IMG/VR virus record: IMGVR_UViG_3300034120_001476
Location: 1 to 24,418 of that record
DNA: 24,418 nt
Strand: one strand, 5' to 3'
Source of the DNA: a virus
Lineage: Duplodnaviria; Caudoviricetes
Position numbers and translations under genes: made by a program. This document shows, piece after piece, positions 8,616 to 16,709 of the stretch. The notes beneath the pieces were generated by a model, which made no database searches, was not told the origin of the DNA, and saw nothing but the letters and a program-made list of their open reading frames with translations. Numbering within the stretch: the stretch's first letter is position 1; each line of letters begins with the position of its first letter.

Positions 8616-9375
8616 ATGGAACCCGAATCTTGCGGGCTGCGGGCTCGGCCTTGGTCTCCAAATAGCACCGGCAATTCGGGTGCGCCGGCGGCCCGCCATT
8701 CTTCACCACTTCCGCCGATGCTCGCACACCACCGGGAGCCACGAGGTTATCGAGGACCAACCCCCACAGATCCGGAACCTTCCCGTGTAGTGGCCGACAG
8801 ACGGGGCAGACCTTGCCGTCCTTCTCCGTGATCCACCGCGTCACGAGGTTGTACCCTGCAGGCTCGATCACGATTGCCGTCGCGTTGGTCCCCTCGGTCT
8901 GTGCCAACGTCGTAGTCGTGGCTGCGGTCACTGCGTCACGATCCGGGCCGAGTGCAGACACAAGCACGCTTTCGACGTCCGCCGCTGTGCCTGTGCGGAT
9001 CAGGTCACCCGATGCTGTGACGACCTCTTTCGCCGACTGCATAGACGACCGTGCCGACTCTGCCGCGATCGCCTGCGCCCGTATCAGTGCCTGCCGGTAT
9101 GCCTGCGTCCGGGTCTCATCACTCGGCTGTTGACCGGCTGGCAGCAGTTCCTCCACGTGCTGGTTCAACGCGGCAAGGATGATCGCGAGAAGGATCAACG
9201 TGAGTTCCCGTCGCCGCTCCTCCTCCCAGCGGTTCCAATCGGCCTCGCTCACGTTGCGGATGTCCGGGGGATTGCCCAGCATCTCCCGCAACTCTCGCCG
9301 CTGACGTGACGTGAGGCGAGACAGCCGCTTCGAGAAATCGGACTCCACACCCATCCGGTTTGCTAGTTCGCTCAC
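8614..9375 (-). CDS. MuF / SPP1 gp7-like head morphogenesis protein, 253 aa
   Basis: RWITEKDGKVCPVCRPLHG and PPAHPNCRC motifs; directly downstream of the portal with a GTGA overlap. Confidence 0.85.
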   Translation of the reverse strand: MSELANRMGVESDFSKRLSRLTSRQRRELREMLGNPPDIRNVSEADWNRWEEERRRELTLILLAIILAALNQHVEELLPAGQQPSDETRTQAYRQALIRAQAIAAESARSSMQSAKEVVTASGDLIRTGTAADVESVLVSALGPDRDAVTAATTTTLAQTEGTNATAIVIEPAGYNLVTRWITEKDGKVCPVCRPLHGKVPDLWGLVLDNLVAPGGVRASAEVVKNGGPPAHPNCRCYLETKAEPAARKIRVP

Positions 9376-11870
9376 TTAGGAATCTCCGTGATTTCCGCCA
9401 AGATCCCACCGCTCGGAGTCTGAACCGCCTTGTTCACCCTAAACTTTGTCCCACGAGGATAGAGCACCTCCGCCTCTGTGCGTCCCTGCATGGACACACC
9501 CGTAATATCGACTCCGCTCTTTCCGTTGACGACAAGAATCACATTGCCCTTGTAGGTGTCCTTATTCTTGAACGCCTCAGCCTCGCCAGACCGTGCCTTT
9601 GCTCTCGTCGAAACGTAGGCATCGTCAGTGAATGTTCCACCAGTTTGCAACATTGAAGCAATCCGTCGGCCTGATTCCGTGTTGGTATCAATCTGGAAGG
9701 ATCGCAGAGTCCGCCCGGGCTTCTTTTCCGCTCGCTCCAGATAACCGTCGATGCTTTTGGCAATCGTCTTGGTATCCTTACTAACCTTCCCCGATCGTAG
9801 TTCACTGTTGACCTGCTGGAATTTGTCAGTCGTATAATCCTTCACGGCATTGATCTGCGTCGGACTGGGCTTCTGTTTGGGTGTCTTTTTTTTTACAGCC
9901 GCTGCGATAGAACCACCACCACCACCTCCGCCACCACCGCCGCACGTGTTGCCAGACGTGAAACCGCCCGCGCCTGTGCCGCAATTCTCGTGCAGTTCGC
10001 TTTGATGCAAGGTCTCCAAGATCGCCCGCGCTTCGGGCATGGTTGCGACACTCTCTAACGCCGCCACGACAGCAGCGTCTAGGCTCGACTCCCGCACATT
10101 CCCGACGATCCCCGCTGCCCAGTCCACGCCACTGGTCCCACCCCAGCCCAACCACGCGACATGACCGGCATCCCGCCACGGCTCGCCCTCGAACTCGGGG
10201 GCCACGTCCGCATTCTTCCGGTGACGGGCAAACGCCGCCATCCGCCCGACGGTCTCGCGTGACAGGTTCTCCCCGCTGGCCAGTTGATTGGCTCGCGTCC
10301 ATCCGACCTGTGTCATCCCGGCCACCGCGTCCCCGTGCTTATCACGCCACTTCAGCACCCGCCTCGCATTGTTGCGGGCTGCCTCGGGAGGGCTGTACGA
10401 GTCCTCGGCTTCCCTGACTGGCATGATCGACGGGGCCGGCGCTTGGGTCGGTCCCTCTTCCGCTCGATTGCGTTGCTCCTCCTCCCAATCCAGCCCCATC
10501 TGACGGGCTGCAGTCCTCTTGCTGACGACGCCCATGCCCAATTGGATCTGGGACACGTCCGCCAGTTCCCGGGCGTTCCTGCTGGCCACAGAGGGCTTCT
10601 GAACCGCGATGTCCACGAGGGCCTCGATCTCGCCCCACGGTCGGGCAGTCAACAAGCCCCGATCGTGTTCGAATCGCAGCACCTTCCACAGCAACGCGGT
10701 GAACTCCCTCGCGTAGAACGACTGATCGGCCTCGCGGGCTTTCACGAACGGGGATTCGGCCACCAACGTGCTCGCGTAGTTGGCGTTGCTGGCGTCACCG
10801 GACACCATGTACTCCGGCATGGCCCACCGCGTCCCCACGATCCGCAGCACGTACTGCGACACCTCCAAGAAGCCGCTGTTTCGTTCGGCTCCCATCGGCC
10901 CCGGCTTGTAGACCAGCCCCGGCGATGGCTTCAAGATCGTGCCCGGCTTGTACCGCTGGACGTTCTGCGTCTTCTGTCCACCGCCGACCACCTGCCGGCC
11001 GTACTGTGCCACGGCATCGGACGCCCCGAGGGTCTGGATGCTGGCCTGTGACGTCCCAGGGGGAGCCTCCAAGATCCACGCGATCGCAGCCTGAAGCGCC
11101 GCACCCTCTGCCATGTTCCGCCGCAACTTCGCCTCGCGGCTGATCTCCTCGACCACCAAGAACGTGTCCGAGACGCCACGCTTGGCATTCCGTGAGACGT
11201 TCCGCTTGATGTGGCACATCCTGCGGGAGGGGATGTAGTCCCAATCCAGACCGCCGTCATCCCGCGACAGGTGATACCCGAGGGCTTCGGCTGGACGGTT
11301 CGCCGGGCTCCTCACACCGTAGGACCACGACGTGACGCCCTCGAAGTCCTGCAGCCAGTCCTCTAGCTGCCGCACGTTACCCGGCTCGCGGATCTGGTCG
11401 GGCTCCACCATGCACAGCGTTGGCCTGCCGTTCGTGCCCAACTCCAAATAGCCGAACGCCTCGCCATCCTCCCGACTGCGGTGATGCAACTCCCGATCGA
11501 GGGAGCCCACCATGTCCACATCGTCAACAAACCGATCGATCACCCGCTGGCACAGTTCGACCAGTTGAGCATCGGCACCCTGTGCGGTGAACTCGAACCC
11601 CGGGCCGAACGTGTATTCCGCCAGCCTATCGAGGGCAGCAGTCGCGACAGGCGTCAACAGCGACAGGTTCCTGGCTGCCCCCCGAATGTAGGCTAGGTCC
11701 ACCTCGCTGTCGTAGTACGGCTTGAACCGCCCATCGCTGCGATCGGTGACGCTCGTGAACGGGTTGACCGCCGTCGGATAACCGAACGACGGGTCGTCGT
11801 ACAGGTACTGCCTACGGTCGATCGTCTCGGGGACAAACGCTTCCAGCAGTGCCCGGATCGCTTCGCTCAT
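9372..11870 (-). CDS. Portal protein fused to an unknown domain and a C-terminal ADP-ribosyltransferase, about 832 aa
   Basis: Start ATG 11870 (MSEAIRALL, GAGG upstream). The N-terminal ~480 aa are lambda-like portal (DGEAF, RGVSD, SGDASNANYAS). The C-terminus has YT..F..VNSELR, TLR, YVST and EAEVLYPRGTKFRV of the R-S-E ART clade. Confidence 0.85.
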   Translation of the reverse strand: MSEAIRALLEAFVPETIDRRQYLYDDPSFGYPTAVNPFTSVTDRSDGRFKPYYDSEVDLAYIRGAARNLSLLTPVATAALDRLAEYTFGPGFEFTAQGADAQLVELCQRVIDRFVDDVDMVGSLDRELHHRSREDGEAFGYLELGTNGRPTLCMVEPDQIREPGNVRQLEDWLQDFEGVTSWSYGVRSPANRPAEALGYHLSRDDGGLDWDYIPSRRMCHIKRNVSRNAKRGVSDTFLVVEEISREAKLRRNMAEGAALQAAIAWILEAPPGTSQASIQTLGASDAVAQYGRQVVGGGQKTQNVQRYKPGTILKPSPGLVYKPGPMGAERNSGFLEVSQYVLRIVGTRWAMPEYMVSGDASNANYASTLVAESPFVKAREADQSFYAREFTALLWKVLRFEHDRGLLTARPWGEIEALVDIAVQKPSVASRNARELADVSQIQLGMGVVSKRTAARQMGLDWEEEQRNRAEEGPTQAPAPSIMPVREAEDSYSPPEAARNNARRVLKWRDKHGDAVAGMTQVGWTRANQLASGENLSRETVGRMAAFARHRKNADVAPEFEGEPWRDAGHVAWLGWGGTSGVDWAAGIVGNVRESSLDAAVVAALESVATMPEARAILETLHQSELHENCGTGAGGFTSGNTCGGGGGGGGGGSIAAAVKKKTPKQKPSPTQINAVKDYTTDKFQQVNSELRSGKVSKDTKTIAKSIDGYLERAEKKPGRTLRSFQIDTNTESGRRIASMLQTGGTFTDDAYVSTRAKARSGEAEAFKNKDTYKGNVILVVNGKSGVDITGVSMQGRTEAEVLYPRGTKFRVNKAVQTPSGGILAEITEIPK

Positions 11871-12009
11871 TGTCTCGCCTCGTTCGCTTAGTCTTCCGCC
11901 CACACCGCAGACACTCGCGGTATTCCACCCGTCCCCACGACGAACGCACCCGCATTGGATGCCCACAGACACACCACACGATCAGACTACGATACCGGCC
12001 CAGCGTCAT
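11812..12009 (-). CDS. Small Zn-ribbon protein (Ogr/Delta-like), 65 aa
   Basis: WCVCGHPMRVRSS...EYRECLRCG; ATGA-coupled to the terminase stop; overlaps the portal start by 59 nt. Confidence 0.5.
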   Translation of the reverse strand: MTLGRYRSLIVWCVCGHPMRVRSSWGRVEYRECLRCGRKTKRTRRDNERSDPGTAGSVCPRDDRP

Positions 12010-13385
12010 GGAGTGTATGCCAGTTCCTCCGAGTCGTATTCTGTTGCCGCGATCCCGTTCAGCGTCCGCACCGCCATCTCAAGCGCGTCCGGGCCGTCGT
12101 CATGGTCGCCACGAGGGAACTCCCCGAGTTGATCCAGCAGCAGCCGGGAGCCCTGCGAGTCCGAGAATCGGAACATGTCCGCCGCCAGCAGAGGGCCGAG
12201 GGAGGACAACCTGAGGATCTTGTTCCCGGTGTTGATCACTGTTTGCAGTGGCAGCATGATCCCGTGAGACATGGCCGCACTCTGGAACGACTCACCGAGG
12301 ACCCGCTGGAAGCCGTTGCCCTCCAAGACCATCAGGTTGGCCTTGTGCCGGGCGTACATCCCCACCGCATCCGCTGCGATCTCCGTTTCGCTCCGCCGCC
12401 TGATGTCCGCGTCGACCCACAGCCGACCGCTGGCCCTGCCCACAAAGACGATGGCCGAGAAGTCCCCCTTGCGGTCATCGGCACCCAAGCTCGGATCAAC
12501 CGCCACCACCCCGAATTCGAACGCATCGGGCCACCTGGCAGCCGTCACCTTGTCCCCCAGGTATTGACCCCACTTGCTCTCCCCCCACTTGCCCGGGCGT
12601 TGCTGGAACATCGACCGCCACCAGTACTCCGACCGCTCCCGCCGCATCTGCTCCAGCCGCTGGACAGGATACCGCTCGGGCCAGAGGGCTTCCCCCGGCT
12701 GTCGGCCCAGCACGTCCCCCGACTCGGCCAGCGCCGGCAACGTCAGCCGCCGGATCTGTCCCCCGCCCTTCAGCAGCCGCCCGAAGATGTCGTCCTCATG
12801 CCATCTGGTCATGATGCCTATCACGACTCCGCCCGGCTCAAGTCGCGTCGATGCCGTGGACTGCCACCAATCCCAATGGTTTTCCCGGGTGGTCGCTGAC
12901 AGGGCTTCCTCCGCGTTCTTCACCGGGTCGTCAATGATCAGCAGATGTGCCCCTCGGCCGGTCATCGGACCGCCCACACCTGCCGTGGACATGCCACCGC
13001 CTGCCGTCGTGCTCCAATCGTCCGCCGCCGTGTTGTCCCCCGACAGTCCCCGACCGAACACCGGACACGACGACTCCACGAACACTTGCCTGGCCTTGCG
13101 TCCCCACGAACGGGCAAAGGTCGCCTCATATGCCGCCAGCATGACCCGCCGATCTGGCCACACCCCGAGATACCACGCCGGGAGGAACTTGCTGACCAAC
13201 TCGCTCTTCCCATGCCGAGGGGGAGCCTCGATCAATAGAATCGGCTGGCTCCTGCCGGTGATCGTGTCACAGATGGCTTCGGAGATTGCCGCGACATGCC
13301 GAGGCAACAGAAACCGCCCGTCAGTTGCCGCTCGGGCAAACAGTGCCGGTGTCAGACACTGCCTCACCCTGTGCAAATCGGACAT
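12006..13385 (-). CDS. terL: Terminase large subunit, 459 aa
   Basis: Walker A APPRHGKS, Walker B LLIIDDP, IMTRWHEDD, nuclease AVDPS...GDFSA and HDDGPDA. Confidence 0.95.
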   Translation of the reverse strand: MSDLHRVRQCLTPALFARAATDGRFLLPRHVAAISEAICDTITGRSQPILLIEAPPRHGKSELVSKFLPAWYLGVWPDRRVMLAAYEATFARSWGRKARQVFVESSCPVFGRGLSGDNTAADDWSTTAGGGMSTAGVGGPMTGRGAHLLIIDDPVKNAEEALSATTRENHWDWWQSTASTRLEPGGVVIGIMTRWHEDDIFGRLLKGGGQIRRLTLPALAESGDVLGRQPGEALWPERYPVQRLEQMRRERSEYWWRSMFQQRPGKWGESKWGQYLGDKVTAARWPDAFEFGVVAVDPSLGADDRKGDFSAIVFVGRASGRLWVDADIRRRSETEIAADAVGMYARHKANLMVLEGNGFQRVLGESFQSAAMSHGIMLPLQTVINTGNKILRLSSLGPLLAADMFRFSDSQGSRLLLDQLGEFPRGDHDDGPDALEMAVRTLNGIAATEYDSEELAYTP

Positions 13386-13746
13386 ACCCGGGCTCCTGCA
13401 ACAATGCTGCCACCGTATCCGCCGTGCTGTTGACGTTCACCTGCACCGCAGCCGCCGGCGCCGGCTCGTTCTGCCCGTGCATTGCCACGACTACCTTCGC
13501 CGCGTTGACCCTCGCCCGGACTTCCTCATTCCGATCCAACGCCACCCGCAGCAAGGCAGCCGGAAGAACGGTCATCGCCTCATCGGGAATCACCCAGCCC
13601 TTCCGCACAGCCGACGCGATCAGCCGCAGATCTTTCCCCGGCGTCCGAGGGTCGATCTGTGCCACAGTGGGAACAGGCGGGGGAGTTGGCTTCGCACCGC
13701 CCCCCAATCCCCCCGTTACCGGCTTGTCATCGGCTGGCCTGATCAT
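13321..13746 (-). CDS. Putative terminase small subunit, 141 aa
   Basis: Start ATG 13746 coupled to the methylase stop; directly upstream of and overlapping terL; helical core then VQVNVN. Confidence 0.5.
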   Translation of the reverse strand: MIRPADDKPVTGGLGGGAKPTPPPVPTVAQIDPRTPGKDLRLIASAVRKGWVIPDEAMTVLPAALLRVALDRNEEVRARVNAAKVVVAMHGQNEPAPAAAVQVNVNSTADTVAALLQEPGYVRFAQGEAVSDTGTVCPSGN

Positions 13747-14840
13747 CGCCCTGCCCTCCTCTCTGCTTGGCGTCCTGTCAGCGTCTCCCATCGCTTCACG
13801 ATCACGTCGCAATACTGCGGGCTGATCTCCATGCCGTAGCACTTTCGGCCGAGTTGCTCGGCGGCGATCAGAGTTGTGCCGGAGCCGAGGAACGGGTCGA
13901 AGACGTCTCCCTCTCGCCAACCCATACACCAAGCCATAAGTTCGACTGGCTTTTGCGTCGGATGTTCTTTTGCATATGACGTGACAGACTTCCGAAACAT
14001 TTTCGCGGGTGTGTCGATGTTGGTCCAAGCCATCTCACACATTGCAAGCGTAAAGTCCTCTGGTTGCTTTTTGTCCCAAACGAAAAAGCCCTTTCCGGGC
14101 CTCAGATCAAAGTAGTTACCTCCCCACACAATTGCACTTTCGCACTGATCGATAAATCGTGACGGCTCAACTGGCTTTGCGTCCCAATCTTGTTTTTCGT
14201 GTTTTTGACGAACTGGGTTTGCCGCGATCCCGATTCCATACGGCGGATCGGTCAGAAGCAAATCCGCCTTCGCCCCTGCCATCAGCCGCCCCACATCCTC
14301 CGCCTTCGTCGAGTCCCCGCACAACAGCCGATGATCCCCGAGAATCCACAGATCCCCCGGCTTCGTGATCGGATCGACGGGAGGCTCCGGCACCTCGTCC
14401 TCAACGATCTCCGCAGCGTCCGCCCCGTCGAGAATCCCCGCATCCTCCGCCAACGCCGTCAGCATGTCGGCAAGCTCTTGGCTCCCCGTCTCCACATCCT
14501 CCAGCAGTGCCCGCAAGGCATCCGCGTCTGATTCCGCCATCGCTCCCAGCGGGTCGAATGTGGCAAGGATCTTGTCCGCCTCTTCCTCCGTCACGTCCAG
14601 CACGAGGACCGGTATCTCGGCATTGTGCAGCGTTTCCGTTCTCAGGTGCCCGTCAATCAGCATCAGGCCGCCCTCTGGCGTTTCCCGGGCCAGCACAGCC
14701 GAGGCAATGCCCACCTCCGCCAGAACGCCGCGTAGTGCGTTTGCCTGTGCTTCTGGATGTTTCCGCCAGTTCTTCGGGTTGGGCTGGAGCTGTGAGGCTG
14801 GCACCCGCCGCAGTTCCTTGATCCGGTCTCGAATGTTCAC
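13743..14840 (-). CDS. ParB-like N-terminal domain plus N4/N6 DNA methyltransferase (beta class), 365 aa
   Basis: PNPKNWRKH...LIDGHLR (ParB/Srx); HRLLCGDS, TDPPY, HPTQKP and DPFLGSGTT motifs. Confidence 0.9.
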   Translation of the reverse strand: MNIRDRIKELRRVPASQLQPNPKNWRKHPEAQANALRGVLAEVGIASAVLARETPEGGLMLIDGHLRTETLHNAEIPVLVLDVTEEEADKILATFDPLGAMAESDADALRALLEDVETGSQELADMLTALAEDAGILDGADAAEIVEDEVPEPPVDPITKPGDLWILGDHRLLCGDSTKAEDVGRLMAGAKADLLLTDPPYGIGIAANPVRQKHEKQDWDAKPVEPSRFIDQCESAIVWGGNYFDLRPGKGFFVWDKKQPEDFTLAMCEMAWTNIDTPAKMFRKSVTSYAKEHPTQKPVELMAWCMGWREGDVFDPFLGSGTTLIAAEQLGRKCYGMEISPQYCDVIVKRWETLTGRQAERRAGR

Positions 14841-15166
14841 GACGATCTCACCTGCAATGTGGCCACAAACACCCGCGTGTTACTCCCGCTCGTCGTCGCC
14901 GTGCACTTCAGCACGTAATCCGTCCCAGCAGTCCCCCCGCTGATCCGAACTTTCGCCCCCTCATTCGCCGCGACCTGTGCCCCGGTGAACTCATCAGCGA
15001 AGGCCGATGCCTGCACAGATGGCGAACCGATCGTCAGCCCTGATGGAGTCGCGGTGACCGTCACCGATGACAGCGTTTCGGCACTGGCCAACAGGTTGCC
15101 AAAATCCAACCCAAATAGGACCGACTCGTCCGGGTGTTTCCACAGCACGCGTTCCGCCGCAATCAT
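14837..15166 (-). CDS. Small Ig-like virion protein (possible fibre adaptor), 109 aa
   Basis: KHPDESVLFGLDF...VRISGGTAGTDYVLKCTATTS resembles a common small phage beta-sandwich family. Confidence 0.5.
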   Translation of the reverse strand: MIAAERVLWKHPDESVLFGLDFGNLLASAETLSSVTVTATPSGLTIGSPSVQASAFADEFTGAQVAANEGAKVRISGGTAGTDYVLKCTATTSGSNTRVFVATLQVRSS

Positions 15167-15378
15167 CGGTAAGCCCTCCCCACGTCTGGCCGCTGTCTGC
15201 CCCGTGCCACGTCGGGCCGGATGGATCGCATTGTCTCAGGCCGTAGCCTCGCACGCCAGACCGGTGTCGGTGTCTCTGCAACAGCAGCCCCGATCCCATA
15301 GCCCAGCGTGAGAACCAGTCCCGGACTTCCCCAGGCACCGTAACCCATGCTGATGATCGCTGACGCACTGCCGTTCAT
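15163..15378 (-). CDS. Hypothetical protein, 71 aa
   Basis: ATGA-coupled on both sides; repeated (M/L)GYG; Arg-rich tail. Confidence 0.55.
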   Translation of the reverse strand: MNGSASAIISMGYGAWGSPGLVLTLGYGIGAAVAETPTPVWRARLRPETMRSIRPDVARGRQRPDVGRAYR

Positions 15379-16709
15379 GTCAGTTCAGTGATACTCGTGG
15401 GATTGTTGGCATCGTTCAGAGAAAAGGTCTTAGCTGCCGTGCCGTCCAGTTTGTGCAGTGTCAGAGTTTGGCCCACGATGTCCCTATCGCCCATCTGTGC
15501 GATCAGTTCAAACATGGCTTGGGCCAGCGTCGGGGCAACACCCGCAGCACGATACGACTCGGTCATCTGGCCCGTGTAAGCCGCCGTCGCGATCTCGCTT
15601 GCCGCACTTGCTGCCAGTGCGTTGGCATCAATCGCACCCGCTGCAAAATGCGTGTTGTCAATCACTGCGGGCTGTAGGTCATGGATGACAGCCGCCATGT
15701 GTCCGGTACCCGTGATTCTCACCTCGACGTTGCTGGTGTCTGACCGAGGAATCCGCCCGCCGTACGTCCCGGCCGTCGTGTGTCCGCTCATCGCCTCGTC
15801 CCAGACACCATCGGCGATCTCACCGACCGCATCCGTAGCCAATGCCGAGGCCGTGAGGACATTCGCCGCCATCGCCCCGACACTCGCATCGATCCGGCCG
15901 CTTACGAGGGCCGTGGGGAGCCTGCTCTGGATGTCCTCGGTGTCCGCCTGGATGCCGTCCAACTCGCCCTGTAGCGTCGTGCCTGTGTCGACCAGAATAT
16001 CAGCCAAGATCTTGCCCGCTTGGCTGCCGCTGTAGGTTCCGGGGAGTGTCGTCGTCCACGGATCGCCAGCCGACCCGGCAGCATTGAGCGAAGCCCCCGT
16101 GCTGCCCGCTGCCAGATGGTCGCCGCTCGCCTCATCCCAAACGGCATCGGCAATCGTCGCAGCCGTGGGCGGGGCGGTGTAGCTGGACGTCGGCAGGGGC
16201 ATGCCGGTGACAGTCACGCCGTTCCACTGATCAGTGTTGGCCGACACCCGATCTGTGACCGCCTTGATCGTTGTCCCACTCAGGTTTAGCGTCGTGGTCG
16301 GGCTGCCGATGTTGGCGAAGTCGATGCCCGCCTCGCCACCCGAGGACACATCGAGAGAACGCCCCGCCGCCGTCGGCTTGAGGCACGCCGTTTTTCGCAG
16401 CGTGAACCGCCCGACCACCGTTCCCACCGCCGACACGCTATCGACCGTCCCCGTAGTGATCACTACATCGAAAAACGACCCAGCCGAGTAGAACGCATCC
16501 GAGGTGTCGATTGCCACATGATTCAGGCCAGTCACCCCGTCAAAGTCCGCCGTGAGGGTGACGCCCGTGGTCGTTTGGGTCGTCGAGTTGTCCTTGTAGA
16601 CCGAGAGTGCCGGAGTCCCGGCCAGCGTAAACGGTGCCCCGCTCGATGGTTGCATCGTGGTAAACTTGAAGTAGATCGTGCTCGAAGTGTCGAAGTCGCC
16701 GAGACTCAT
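15375..16709 (-). CDS. Putative fibre/structural protein with IADxVWDEA repeats, 444 aa
   Basis: Thr/Ala/Gly-rich; beta-rich N-terminal domain; two IADxVWDEA...H..AG repeats. Confidence 0.55.
   Translation of the reverse strand: MSLGDFDTSSTIYFKFTTMQPSSGAPFTLAGTPALSVYKDNSTTQTTTGVTLTADFDGVTGLNHVAIDTSDAFYSAGSFFDVVITTGTVDSVSAVGTVVGRFTLRKTACLKPTAAGRSLDVSSGGEAGIDFANIGSPTTTLNLSGTTIKAVTDRVSANTDQWNGVTVTGMPLPTSSYTAPPTAATIADAVWDEASGDHLAAGSTGASLNAAGSAGDPWTTTLPGTYSGSQAGKILADILVDTGTTLQGELDGIQADTEDIQSRLPTALVSGRIDASVGAMAANVLTASALATDAVGEIADGVWDEAMSGHTTAGTYGGRIPRSDTSNVEVRITGTGHMAAVIHDLQPAVIDNTHFAAGAIDANALAASAASEIATAAYTGQMTESYRAAGVAPTLAQAMFELIAQMGDRDIVGQTLTLHKLDGTAAKTFSLNDANNPTSITELT

Noticed and set aside
9826-10302. 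158 aa alternative-frame ORF inside the portal extension
   Set aside because: Its RRWW-rich sequence is the frame shadow of the Gly codons; only its last 19 codons matter, as the -1 slip product.
11871-11972. Longer portal N-terminus given in the ORF track (866 aa)
   Set aside because: It overlaps the Zn-ribbon gene; ATG 11870 has an RBS-like GAGG and a more plausible start.
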